A stretch of DNA of 64,000 nucleotides, taken from contig NC_069006.1 of the NCBI RefSeq assembly GCF_001194135.2, positions 23,624,306 to 23,688,305 of the forward strand. Reading direction: 5' to 3'. Both the position numbers and the translations under genes were made by a program. How positions within the stretch are numbered: the stretch's first letter is position 1; each line of letters opens with the position of its first letter. Source of the DNA: Octopus bimaculoides. Taxonomy: Eukaryota. The notes under the pieces were generated by a model, which was not told the DNA's origin, made no database searches, and saw only the letters and a program-made list of their open reading frames with translations. This document shows positions 10,521 to 23,647 of this stretch, piece by piece.

Positions 10521-11021
10521 ATATATATGTGTCTATATATATATGNNNNNNNNNNNNNNNNNNNNNNNNNNNNNNNNNNNNNNNNNNNNNNNNNNNNNNN
10601 NNNNNNNNNNNNNNNNNNNNNNNNNNNNNNNNNNNNNNNNNNNNNNNNNNNNNNNNNNNNNNNNNNNNNNNNNNNNNNNNNNNNNNNNNNNNNNNNNNNN
10701 NNNNNNNNNNNNNNNNNNNNNNNNNNNNNNNNNNNNNNNNNNNNNNNNNNNNNNNNNNNNNNNNNNNNNNNNNNNNNNNNNNNNNNNNNNNNNNNNNNNN
10801 NNNNNNNNNNNNNNNNNNNNNNNNNNNNNNNNNNNNNNNNNNNNNNNNNNNNNNNNNNNNNNNNNNNNNNNNNNNNNNNNNNNNNNNNNNNNNNNNNNNN
10901 NNNNNNNNNNNNNNNNNNNNNNNNNNNNNNNNNNNNNNNNNNNNNNNNNNNNNNNNNNNNNNNNNNNNNNNNNNNNNNNNNNNNNNNNNNNNNNNNNNNN
11001 NNNNNNNNNNNNNNNNNNNNN

Positions 11022-11069
<48 letters not shown>

Positions 11070-13078
11070 TCATAAACATGCATGTATATATACATTTCTT
11101 ATATATGTAAGATCTCATTGAAACCAGCACATTCACATTTTTAATATACGTTTATATATATGGATATTTGCATGTACATGTATAGACGTGCTTATTTACA
11201 TGTGTATATACACATACGCATATATATATATATATACATATATACACACATGCGTACACAGTCACACATGTATGGTAATACTAACCACTGCTGTCATTAT
11301 TACTCCGAACTGTTGTCAAAATGTATGCCTTTTTGTTGCTTTTAAAACATTTAATCTTTTACATAATTACACACACGGTCAACAACAGCAATACTAATTA
11401 TTATTTGTTGACCGTTAATATATTTATGGTTGATGTCATTTTTAATAGGGGAAGAAATTGTTGGAGGTGAAAAGCGGCTCCTTTTGAAGCGAAAAAAAAA
11501 AAACACTTTCGTAATACACCACAATCGTAATCAGCATTATACGAATGTAATAATTACTTTATAATAATTAAATAAGAGACAAATCGAAAGAAATACAGCA
11601 ACTATATATCCCGTCTGTGTACCTTTGTCTACCGATTATTTTATTTTGAGAGCTGGTTGTGATATCTGCCTCCAGCACGTCTCCAGTCCGTGACTGGTAC
11701 CTATAGATTATTAACATTTAATATATCCCTGCATGAAAAATGAGCCATAATAATAATAATAATTTCTGTTATAGGGACTAGATCTGAAATTTGGGTGACG
11801 GGGTAAATCAATTACATCAACTCCAGTGCTCAACTGGTACTTATTTTATCGACCCTGTAAGGATAAAAGGCAATAATAATATTACTATTATTAATAATAA
11901 TCATAATTGTTAACATAGGTGTTATATATATATGTTATATATATATATGTGTGTTTTTTTTTTTTGAGGGGAGGCATAATTTAATTAGATCGGCCCAGGA
12001 GGTAGTTGTCTGGTATTATGTTAGATCGAACCTGTTCCACCAGCGAAAGGATAAAAAAAAATGATATAGAATGAATATTTGTTAGGATGAACGGTGGAAT
12101 ATGTTAGGGTTGTTAGTGTAGAAACTGCTTAATTAAAATAAATTAATCTCATTTTGTGTTTATAATTCAGTTAATTTTGATTTTTTTTTTTTTTCATTTT
12201 CACGATAATCCGTGAATAAGGAAATGAATGAATTTGATGAAAAGAACTATAGAACGTAAAAAAACCAACCGAAACGAAACAGCATGGATGTGTGTGTGAG
12301 TGCGTGCATGTGTGTGTGTATATATATATGTGTACACATGAAAATACGTGACAAAATAAAGCAAGCTGTCTGAATGTGTGTGTGTGTGTGTTTATATGTG
12401 TCAGTTATGTGAAATACCTAACATAATAAAGCAAACTGTCTGTGTGAGGCATAAAAATATGTAACGAAATGAACCAACCTTTTTACATATTCACTTTTAC
12501 GTATTTTTGTTAAAAAGAAAACACATAATAATAATGATAATTTGTTTATTATTGCAAGAAGGGGGCGGCAGACGAGTAGGATATATTACACAGACTTGTT
12601 ACGAAATGTGCGTCTGGGGTGGGGAAGGGATCAGGATCTCTGATGATCCATCTATGATTGAACATCGATCAGTGACTGTTTCAATCTCTCTCTAGGTCAG
12701 GTGTCTCTCATTTCTTCTTGTCACAACTATTTTCTCCAGTTTGTTTTCTGTTCATAGTCGTATTTCTCTCTCTCTCTCTCACGGTTGAACGCATTCATGC
12801 ATGTCTAGTTTGAGTGTGGTTCGTTTCAGGTGCGCGACCTGGCTTTGTCACGCCAGCGTAGGTTATAACAATATTTAAGAATTAAAAAAAACAGAAAGTG
12901 TTAGTAGTAGTAATAACCGTAGTTGTTGTCATAATAATTTCTTTTCTAATGATGATAAATGAAGGTTATTGAAAAATTTTTTGGTATTATGCGAGAACAA
13001 AACTGCTTCATTGATGACATACTCAAAGAAATGTTTACCTTGTCAAAAGACAAGCGAACGACTCGATACTTGTTGCTG

Positions 13079-13120
<42 letters not shown>

Positions 13121-13335
13121 ATGGCCGTGTGGTAAGTAGCTTGCTTCCCAACCACATGGTTCTGGGTTCAGTACCACTGCGTGGCACCTTGGGCAAGTGT
13201 CTTCTACTATAGACAAGGGCCAACCAAAGGCTTGTGACGGAAACTGAAAGAAGCTCATCGTGTATATATGTGTGTGTGTGTGTATGTATGCGTGTGTCTG
13301 TGTTTGTCCCCCCCCCCATCGCTTCACAACCGTTA
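13121..13335 (+). mobile_element. SINE family A copy
   Basis: TGGCCGTGTGGTAAG...GGTTCAGTACC...CCTTGGGCAAGTGTCTTCTACTATAG, then (GT)n and a truncated tail. Confidence 0.85.
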
Positions 13336-13366
13336 TTGTCTTTTTGTGTATGTGTTGCAGTTGTCC

Positions 13367-13465
13367 TTGACGGTGTTGACAGTGTGTGATGGTTTATAAT
13401 GTCAGCTGTTTTGACGGTGTTGACAGTGTGTGATGGTTTATAATGTCAGCTGTTTTGACGGTGTT
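13367..13465. repeat. 44-bp tandem duplication (2 identical units plus a partial third)
   Basis: TTGACGGTGTTGACAGTGTGTGATGGTTTATAATGTCAGCTGTT starts at 13367, 13411 and (partial) 13455. Confidence 0.95.
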
Positions 13466-14715
13466 TGACGTCCCGCTCGTCATAACCAGCGACCCAAACT
13501 AATAGCAACAGCAGCAACAATAGTAGTAGATGTGGGATAATAATGCAGTTGGACAGGTTGCGCAATTACCCAAATGTACCATACATGCACATACCTTTAT
13601 GTCTCCATGTTGAAGCATGTATTAAAAAACCCCCTCCAAAAAACCATGTTCAAATAACATTACTACCATTCCCTCGCCCTCTCTCTCTCAATTTTCCTTT
13701 CTTCCCTCCAAGTCTGTCAACAAATTTTCTTCGACATTTTCCAACCATTATTACCAAATTTCCATGACATTTCTTCAATTTGTTTCTATTCTTACCATTC
13801 TTTTCCTTCTCATCTCCATTTCCTGCCTCAATTATTTTCTTTTACATTTCTCTCCTCACCTACTTTCTCTTTCTCTCTTATTCCCCCCCCCCCTTTTCTT
13901 TGGGTTTGCTAACCTTATTTTCGGCTTTAGATTCCCTACTGTCTAACCTTAATTTCAATTATAATCTCATAATTGATTAATGAAAGATTAATTGTTAGCG
14001 GTCGAACCCAAAGCTGTCTTTAATGATGTAGTTTAGCATTTCTCAACTTTTTTACTCTTGGAGTGCAGGAACCCTTGATATATAGTCCATGTTTTGGGAA
14101 ACCTCTAAATAAAAACTGTTTCGTTAATACTTTGCCTTTGGCTGTCTGATTGTTTGCTTTTCAACCATGAGGTTTCAAGTTCAGTCCCACAGCATGGCAC
14201 TCTAGGCAAATGGCTTCTCCTATAGCCCTAGGTTGATCATTGTGTTGAGTGGATTTGGTAGAATGAAACTGAAAGAAGCCCATTGTGCACGTGTGTGTGT
14301 GTGTGTTACCCTGTCCTTGTCTTGACATCGTTTGATAGTTGTAAATAAGTGTCAGCACAGCCTTCCCAGCATGGCAGCCCAGTCAAACCGTCCAACCCAT
14401 GCCAGCATGGACAACGGACGTTAAATGATGATGTTGTCCTTCACTTCTAATCTTCCATGGAAACGTGTCCAGCCCTGGGGGAAATATCACCTTCCTCGAA
14501 AACTGATGAGTGTTGATGAGGGAGGGCATCGAGCATAGAAAATCTATCTTGCCTCCATGAATTCCATCCAACTCCTGCAAGTATGGGGAAAAGGACATTA
14601 AAATTACGTTGATCATGCTGACATCTCTGGGTCTGTATTATTCACTGCATCATTTCCTGTGCAATATGGGGTAGATTTGGTTGCTGTTTGTAGCAGACAG
14701 AGTGACCACGTAGAG

Positions 14716-15192
14716 CAGTAGTTCTGAAGTGGGGCCCATGCTAGCTGAATAGTTAATTGGGGATTCACAAGAATATTTTACGGGTCCATGAAAAAATTTT
14801 GTTGAGATGTATTTATTGCAAAAAAAAAAAAAAACCCAACTAGGTTTCTTTCTCTAACGTTTTACAAAGTTCAAACTACACAAGTTAATGTGTAATGGGG
14901 GGTCCACCAGAATAAAATAGGAATCAAAGGGGTCCATAGATAAAGAAAAATGGTTGAGAACTTGAAGAAATTTTGTTTTAAATGTATGTATTGCAAGAAA
15001 CAGCTGGGTTTCTTTCTCTAACATTTTACATAAGTTTAACCTACACAAGTTAATGTGTGAATAACAAAATAGAAATTTTGAAATAAGTATGCATAAAACT
15101 AGTTTTTAAACATCGAATGGCTATGGGGGTCCACCGGAATAAATTAGAAATGAAAAGAGTCCATAGGGAAAAAAAATGGTTGAGAACAACTG
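14716..15192. mobile_element. Non-autonomous hAT (Charlie/MER5-like termini) DNA transposon
   Basis: Ends CAGTAGTTCTGAA... and ...TTGAGAACAACTG. Perfect 8-bp TSD ACGTAGAG at 14708-14715 and 15193-15200. Confidence 0.9.
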
Positions 15193-15924
15193 ACGTAGAG
15201 GCTGGGTCGTTAGCTTGTATTAGAAGCAGTAAATTAAGTTACTGTCAGATCCTGGCTGGTGTTCACAGCTCTTAGCTGTCTGACATGTTCTGTCTGATTG
15301 TGTATTAAGACTGCAGTGTAACAGCTTAAGAAAACATGAAGAAGTTTGCTACCTGGAATACTTCTTTGGTTTTAATTAATTCCAGGTATTGCTTTCATGT
15401 AGTCACTACTGGTTGTGTTGCTTTTGGCCACAGATCCACCAGGGTAATACTTTTATGGAGGTGGCTCAATTGAATCTTCTGTAAAAAACCTCTATAGGCT
15501 TGGGGTCCCTGGGTGGTGGTGAGCAAAACCCAAGGGCACACACTTTAATTATAGCCCCTAGATGGTCTTCTTCATCTATGCATGTAAATTTATAATTGTT
15601 CTGAAATCTGAAACACATGTGGTCCCAAGCATTCTGAAAAAGAGAATTATTGACCATAAAAGGACAGAAAATTGGCATTTGGAAGGGCATCCAGCTGTAA
15701 AGCCGATGCCAAAACTAACCTGCCACGTAAAAAGCACACCAACACCAGTTGTCAAGGGGTGATGGGGGGGACAGACAGACAGAAAGAAACACACACATGC
15801 ACACACACACACATACCCGGTGGGCTAGTTTTAAGTACCTCAAATTCTGTAGTTAAATATGAATAAAAATAGTATTAGCACAAGTTTCTTTTTTTCTGTT
15901 TGTAACTGATTAAATTACCACAGA

Positions 15925-15973
<49 letters not shown>

Positions 15974-16349
15974 CCCCCATAAAATTTAAAAGAAAGGAGA
16001 TAAAAACCACTTCTGCTGCTCATAAACAGTAGCCATATTAAATAACTTAGCTGCCCTGTGACTATGTCTGCTGTGTCAGGAAGTTTAAAGTTCACCGTTA
16101 GTTTTTAACAGAAATACTTTTACCCCATTTCCCCTCCACCCCCCTCTACCCCTGTAGCCATTTTGCTGCCTTCCGTCAGTCTGTGACGAGATCTGAATTG
16201 CTTGGCACTGAAAATGTTTCAGATTTCAGCTTTTTTTTTCTTTTTTCAGATTTTGGAACGAACAATTGTATATTTGCATCTATAAAACTGGGACAGCCTT
16301 GAGATGTGACCCAAGTTAACTGTTCGTTTTCTAGTTGAGCTTGTACATA

Positions 16350-16850
16350 GGCACAGGCATGGCTGTGTGGGTAAGAAGCTTACTTCCCAAACTCACGGTT
16401 GTGGGTTCAGTCCTACTGCACCCCACCTCGGGCAAATGTTTTCTACTACAGCCCTCAGATAGATCAGATTTGGTAGATGGTAACTGAAAGAAGCCTGTTG
16501 TATATATCTAACTCTTCAAAACGCTTAGTTTTAGAATGGTGGCAGCTGATGAAGAAAATGTTCTCTATGTGGCCTGTGTGTTTTCTGTGGTCTGTTTATG
16601 TTCTGTTTCTCATTTTGTCTACGTTTTTTTGTGACGGCCTGTACCCAGATATGCGTCAGTATATACATGTAGATGTAGGTATGTACATACATGTACGTAT
16701 ATATGCATATACTCACATATTATTTGTATATATATATATATATGTATGCTTGTGTATCTGTGTTTGTTCCCCACCATCACTTGACAACCGATGTTGGTGT
16801 GCTTACATCCCTGTAACTTAGTGGCTCGGCAAAAGAGACTGATAGAATAT
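16350..16850 (+). mobile_element. SINE family A copy with expanded middle
   Basis: Head GCATGGCTGTGTGGGTAAG...GGTTCAGTCC at ~16350-16500 and tail CACTTGACAACCGATGTTGG...GGCAAAAGAGAC at ~16750-16850. Confidence 0.75.
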
Positions 16851-16948
16851 GTGGCACCAGCACTGATGCTTTATACGTTGTACATGAACTGGTGCTCAAT
16901 GTGTGGCACCTGCAGGAATGCTTTTTATGTAACACCGGCATGGGTGCC

Positions 16949-17227
16949 TTGTGTGGCACTGGCACAGGCTCCTCTTATGTGGCACTGGCACAGGCTCCTC
17001 TTATGTGGCACTGGCACAGGTTCCTCGNNNNNNNNNNNNNNNNNNNNNNNNNNNNNNNNNNNNNNNNNNNNNNNNNNNNNNNNNNNNNNNTCCTCTTATG
17101 TGGCACTGGCACAGGCTCCTCTTATGTGGCACTGGCACAGGCTCCTCTTATGTGGCACTGGCACAGGCTCCTCTTATGTGGCACTGGCACAGGCTCCTCT
17201 TATGTGGCACTGGCACAGGTTCCTCGT
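16949..17227. repeat. 26-bp minisatellite TCCTCTTATGTGGCACTGGCACAGGC, interrupted by an N-gap
   Basis: Cores at 16954, 16980, 17006 and at 17101, 17127, 17153, 17179, 17205; period 26. Confidence 0.97.
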
Positions 17228-17927
17228 ACGTGGTACCAGCAAAAGTACATTTTATGTGACAATGACACTGGTGCTTTTACATGATGCCAGCACCTACAAG
17301 CCTGCAGGACAAGAATCTCTCAGCCTGATTGAATAGATGGTCACGGTTTGGCTTAGCTTGATGTGTCTTTTCAAGCACAGCAAATCGATATGTGTGTGTG
17401 TGTGTGTGTGTGTCTGAGATAATCTCCATACCAACCTTCTCGTTACGCCCATCTCTTCTGCTCTCAATAGCTATACACTCCAGCTCCCTCTAAAAAAAAA
17501 AAAACCCACCACGTCCAACACTTCCTTCCTAGAATGTTATCTCTTCTCTGAAATTCCATTCCTTCAGACACTGGCTTCACAGTACTTCAAACATCAACGG
17601 TATGTATCTCTCTCGCCCGTTTCCAGGTCATCGGCTGTATTGTTCCTTCGTCATGTTTAAACCTTAAAAGACACAGAAGATAATACAGAGATAAGCTGAG
17701 ATAAATGAGAGAGAGAGAGAGAGAGAGGGAGGGACAGAGAGGGAAGGAGATATGAATACATATCAAAGTTATTGGCAGTGTGAATGTACTTTTCCAGGGA
17801 ATGTCTCTAACGTCTTGCAAGTGTTGGTCTTAATCTTCTGATATGAATAATGTTGTAGTTAGTGTCAGTATTTTAAATGTCACAATATCTACATTGCCTC
17901 GCTGAAATCTCAGTAGTAATACTATAT

Positions 17928-17980
<53 letters not shown>

Positions 17981-19058
17981 TCTATATAGTGATGTAGGTA
18001 TTGGGCAAGTGTCTTCTACTAAGTCCTCGGGTCAACCAATGCTTTGTGAGCGGATTTGGTAGATGGAACCTGAAAGAAGCTCGTCATGTGTGTGCTTTTG
18101 TTTTTCTGTTTGTCTGTCTGTCCTCCACCACCACCACCACCACTTGACAACTGGTGTTGGTGTGTTTACGTCCCCATAACTTAGCAGTTCAGCAAAAGAG
18201 ACCAATAGAATAAGTACTAGATTTAGAAAAAGGGGGGGAAAAAAAACAAAAAAAACAGGTTCTGGGGGTTGATTCATTCAATGAAGAATTCTTCAAGACG
18301 GCGCTCCAGCATGACTGCAGTCTAATCACTGAAACAAGTGAAAGATATTGAATTCTTCAGGCCAAAAATGGTGCCAACAACGAAAATAAATCTCTGGTAG
18401 ACTGATTATTTTGGGGGGGAAAAAACTGACTTATTATGAGGAGTTTAGACTTAAAAATTGTCTTTCATTTTGTTTGAAAAGTTTACCGTGATTTAAGTAC
18501 TATGGCAACTTGTGTGCTGGAAAATATAGTAGTAGAAGTAGTAATTAGTGGTGTGCATAATACCAGTGATAATTGCATACTACCACCACCACCACTAATA
18601 ATAATTGATTCTAATTTAGGCAAAAGGCCAGTAGTTTTTAGGGAAGGGGTTAGTTGATACTATAAATTCCTGTATTTGATGGGTACTTCATCATCATCAT
18701 TTAATGTCTGCTTTTTATGCTGGCATGGGTCGGATGGTTTCATAGGAGCCGACCAGGTAGAAGACTTCACCACGGTTCTTGTGTCTGGTGTGGCACGATT
18801 TTTACAGCTGGATGCCCTGCCTAACACCAATTGCCCCGCAGAGCAGACTAACCCCCTTGGTGCCTTTGTGTCAATGTTTGTTACTAACCCACCTACTTAC
18901 TCCTTCCACCACTTGAAAATGGGTGTTGTCCACTGATGTTGGAAAGAGGGGCAGAGAAAGAGAAGGGAGGAGAGAGAAAGAGAGAGAGAGAGAGGAAGAG
19001 TTAAATGAAGTGTGCTTATATCAGGTTATGAATGTTTTCATTCTGTTGTGTCTGGAGA

Positions 19059-19309
19059 GAGAGTCATTCTCTTTTAGTGCCTTATAATTTAACACACTCA
19101 CCGGTCTGATTTCCACTCATTTACTTATTTATTTTTCTAAAATTTTCGTTGTGTTTTGCAACCATTTCAATAGTTTTCAACCTTTTCTATAGTTGAAAAG
19201 GTTGCAAAGACACAATGAAAATTTTAGAAAAATAAATAAATAAATAAATGAGTGGAAATTTTACCAGTGAGTGTGTTAAATAATAAGGCACTAAAAGAGA
19301 ATGACTCTC
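19059..19309. mobile_element. Fold-back (MITE-like) element with ~105-bp inverted arms
   Basis: Left arm 19059-19163 is the near reverse complement of right arm 19200-19309 (GAGAGTCATTCTCTTTTAGTGCCTTAT...TTTGCAACC). Confidence 0.9.
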
Positions 19310-20313
19310 CCCATAAACTACAAAATATACTTCAACACACAGACTCACATAAAGAATCTTGCAAACCAAGTCCAAAAATGAAATGTTTTCATTGTTTGTG
19401 CTCAATTGCAGGTCAGTCATGATCAAGCTGTCCTGTGATTGAAGGCACGCCCATTGGAACCTTCCCTTTTCTGTTTTGGGGATATCTAAGACTACCATTT
19501 CCAATGAGTTTGTGTTTAAGTCTCTTTGGAGTTTGAGTCGAGGGTGATTTAGCTGCTATTTCTAGCAGGCTGAGTACCCACCTAAACATTGTCTTTTGGA
19601 TTTCTCTGATGTCACTCAATTGTCATGTCTTTTTTTTTGTGTGGAATTTCAGCCTTAACTAACTGAACCAAAACTAAAAAAATAAAACTGAAAATAACAA
19701 AAAAAGGTAAATAAAAGCATCACCACCACTACCACCACCACCGCTAAAACCAGCTGACTGGTGGGTGAAGTGAACTATTTCATCGACTGTGTTCAGGGAC
19801 TGAACCTGCGTTCTTCTCCTTCATGCTTGATTGAATTCCAGTGCTTTACCAACTAACCCACACTTGATAATCTACTGCAACATCTACTACCACCACCACT
19901 GCTACCACAGTGTATAGGTAGGACTACTACATTTAGTTCTTGGTGGTGGACGATATTAGTGAGGAATTTTGGGTATTCTCTTTTTTATACAGGTTTACAC
20001 TTTCAATGCTTGCTTTTGGTTTAATTGTTTTATGTCTGCTTTGACTTTATAATCCTATCAGTCCATGTTTATATTCGATGTGGAAGTGATTCTTTCAACT
20101 ATCCTTGTGTAACCCTTCAGCATTTAACCTGGCCATGTTTGACTGGCTCACATATTCTTCTGCCCTGGTCTCACACCTACCTGACACATTGTCTTTCTAA
20201 AAACTAAACAATCACATCATCAAAGGTCTCGAAGCAATGAGATCTTGCATGACTAATTCAAAACAAAGTGTTACCATTCACAGAGTAACCTGAATATAAT
20301 AATAATAACAATC

Positions 20314-20350
<37 letters not shown>

Positions 20351-20807
20351 TCCTTTCTGCTATAGTCACAAGGCCTGGATTTTGTGGGGAGGGGAACAAT
20401 CAATTACATCGACCCCAGTGCGTAACTGTTACTTAATTTATCGACCCCGAAAGGATGCAAGGCAAAGTTGACCTTGATGGAATTTGAACTCAGAACGTAG
20501 TGATGGGTGAAATACTTCAGTGTTATTTCTTATTTGCTTCTACCTAGAAATCAAAGGAAATAACTACTATTCCCTTCAAACATTGAATTTGTGACCTGAG
20601 GGCCATTGTTTTGAAACTGACCTATTTTCCTTTACATTTCAGACAAATTCAGTGCCGAGTTGCTGAAGCAGAAATATCGTTATAGCAAATATTCTGCTCA
20701 AAACCACAGATTTGCTTGTCAGTTGCTTGACCTTAATCACTTGAGCATGTCCCTTAGTGGCGGACAATATGAAAATAACAATTTTGTTATACAGTGTAAT
20801 TCTATAT

Positions 20808-20911
20808 GTACATGGATTTTATACACAGTAATTCTATATGTACATAGATTTTATACACAGTAATTCTATACGTACATAGATTTTATACACAGTAATTCTA
20901 TACGTACATAC
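20808..20911. repeat. 32-bp tandem repeat (~3.2 units)
   Basis: GTACATAGATTTTATACACAGTAATTCTATAC at 20808, 20840, 20872 and partial at 20904. Confidence 0.95.
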
Positions 20912-21039
20912 ATTTCTGTGTACATTGTCATCACGACCGTCCTTGACAGTTTCTAAGATCTGTCTTTACATTAGATTCTTCTTGCATCCAGTTTTTCTCT
21001 CTCGGCTCATCAACAACCTGTTATTTATGCACACTGAAA

Positions 21040-21372
21040 GGTCATGGTTCAGTGGTTAGAACATTGGTCTCACAATCATTAGGTTGTGAGTTTGATTCAT
21101 AGACCAGGCTGTGTATTGTGTTCTTGAGCAAGACACTTTATTTTGTGCTGCCCCAGTTCACTCAGCTGTAGAAATGAGTTGTGATGTCACTGGTGCCAAG
21201 CTGTATCAGTCTTTGCCTTTCCCTCGGATAACATTAGTGGCATGGAGAGAGGAGGCTGGTATTCATGGTCAACTGCTGGTCTTCTATAAACAACCTTGTC
21301 TGGACTTGTGCCTCGGTGGGTCAACTTTCTAGGTGTAATCCCATGGTCATTCATGACCAAAGTGGGGTCTTT
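21040..21372 (+). mobile_element. SINE family B full-length copy
   Basis: tRNA-like head TGGTTCAGTGGTTAG...GAGTTTGATTC, core CTTGAGCAAGACACTTTATTT...AAATGAGTTG, tail ...CCCATGGTCATTCATGACC. Confidence 0.85.
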
Positions 21373-22613
21373 TGTTTTCCTTCTATGCACACTTGCTTAA
21401 TTTCTTTCTACTAGTCTTCCACTCTTTCAAGGCTAACATCTTGTGGCCATTAACATTTCACTTTGCACACAAGCTTCATACGATCTGCCCTTTACTCTGA
21501 AAGCAAAGCCCTTGTTACCAGCAGAGATAAAAGCTCTCCCAACATTCTCCAGCCTGTTTTTACTCTGACAATTACACTTTCAGGACACTTCACTACTTTC
21601 AGCTAAATAGGTCACCTCGACAGCAAAAATTATTATTGTGTTTCGTCATGCATGAATCATACTATTGTATATATTCGATTTTAACTGAAAAAAAAAAAAA
21701 ATTAAATAAAACTGGGTGACATACACAGAGCAAAACTAAAACTATGAAGGGAAAAAATTTTGTACCAACATTTAACTTTAAATTAGGGGTATGACTCGTG
21801 AGTAAATATGGTAACTACTTGTAGGGAGCCGATTGGCATTACAGCTCTAATGTAATATGTGAAGGAATCCCAGAAAAGTGGGTCTTGAGTTTCCAATTTG
21901 AGTCCAAATATACATACACATTCTTTGTTCTTGGAATTTCTTGCCGTTTTCTGTTCCTTCTTTTCATCATTTTCTTCTTCTTTCCTGCGATAAAGGATAA
22001 AGTTTTCAAACATAAAAAACTTCCTTAAACTTTTCTTCATTGCAGCTTGGTATTTTTGCTATTTTGGCTGCTATTTCTAGCAGGTTGAGCAACTACCTAA
22101 AGGCTCTCCTGTTAGCTCGTTTAGTGTAGCTGACTGCTGTATATATGAAAGTGTGACCAAGGACTGTCCCATACATTGTACAAATAATTGGTTGTGATTT
22201 AAAGGACATTTTCACTGCTATTTCCAGCCAATCAAACAACGACCTAAAAGCTCTCACATTAGCTCGTTTAGTGTAGCTGGCTGCTGTGTATATATGTCTG
22301 TGTGGTCTGGGACTGTACTGCCACAGTATACCATGCAGTAAGTTTGCTGGTTGAGATGTTGTGCAAGTATTATAGCAACAACAACAGCAGCTGCTGCAGA
22401 GAAGATTAAAATCATTATTATGCAATGGAATTTAGTGCAATACCGACGCAGTATGGCACTGTTGGAGTAAATGTATTTACAGCATTTCATTTCGTTACTC
22501 GACTTTCTCTTCTTAGATCTTAGTTGCATTGCTGTGTTTGATTTTTGCCCTTCATCCATCCCTTCTGGGCAGCCCTGTCCTATAAATTTAGGGATTCCTA
22601 TCAATGAAAATGA

Positions 22614-22938
22614 AGCTGCATGGCTCAGGGGTTAGAGTGTCGGGCTCACAATCGTGAGGTAGTGAGATCGATTCCCAGACTAGGCTGTGTGTTGTGTTCT
22701 TGAGCAAGACACTTTATTTCACGTTACTCCAGTTCACTCAGCTGTAGAAATGAGCTGTGACGTCACTGGTGCCAAGCTGTATCGGCCCCTTTGCCTCTCC
22801 CTTGGATAACATCTATGGCCTGAAGAGGTGAGGCTGGTATGCATGGGTGACTGCTGGTCTTCCATAAACAACCTTGTCTGGACTTGTGCCTCGGAGGGTA
22901 ACTTTCTTGGTGCATTCCCATGGGAGGGGGTCTTTACC
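22614..22938 (+). mobile_element. SINE family B near full-length copy
   Basis: Colinear with 21040-21372 and 63545-63854. Confidence 0.85.
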
Positions 22939-23647
22939 TTTTTATCAATGAAAATATATTATTACTTACCAGCTGGCAGAATTGTTAGCATGCTGGGCAA
23001 ACTGCTTAGCGGCATATCATGCATAATTATGTTCTGAGTTCAAATTTCGTCGAGGCCAAGTTTGCCTTTCATTCTTCCCCAAATTGCTATCCTTGTGCCA
23101 AAATGAGAAAGAATTATTATTATTATTATTATTATTATTAAGGAGGTGAGCTGGCAGAATCAGTAACACTTGGCAGTATTTCTTCCAACTCTTTATGTCC
23201 TTACCCCCCCCTTGCGCCAGGCTGCGAGGATGGGCCTTGAACTTCACTCATCATCATCATCATTCCCACCATCACAATCATCATCATCATCATCCCCACC
23301 ATCACAATCATCATCATCACCTCTGCTTTTCCCATGCTGATGTAACTTGGACAAGGGTTATTGAGGCAGTATTCTATGGTCAGATGCTTTTCCTGTCACT
23401 AACCCTTAACTTGGTTTCCCAGTGAAGTATTTTTTATTCTCTTCCAGGACAAATTGCTATTGATTCTGTGTTTTCATCTTCATCCTCTATATTTGGAGGT
23501 CTTTGCCCACAGGGCTCAGTTTTTGTCTTCTTTCCCTCCCTGCAGTTTGGTAAAATGCAGGGCTCATAGCTGTGATGTCTATTTAGCTGCCTTGCTTGTC
23601 CAGAGCTACCATCCTTTTTGACCAATGGTGTGTTGTTTTATTTACAG

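Noticed and set aside
16791-17336. ORFs with repeating ALAQAPLMWHWHRLLLCGTGTGSSYV
   Set aside because: Translation of the 26-bp minisatellite; the unit is not a multiple of 3 and all copies lack spacers, so it is neither a protein nor a CRISPR array.
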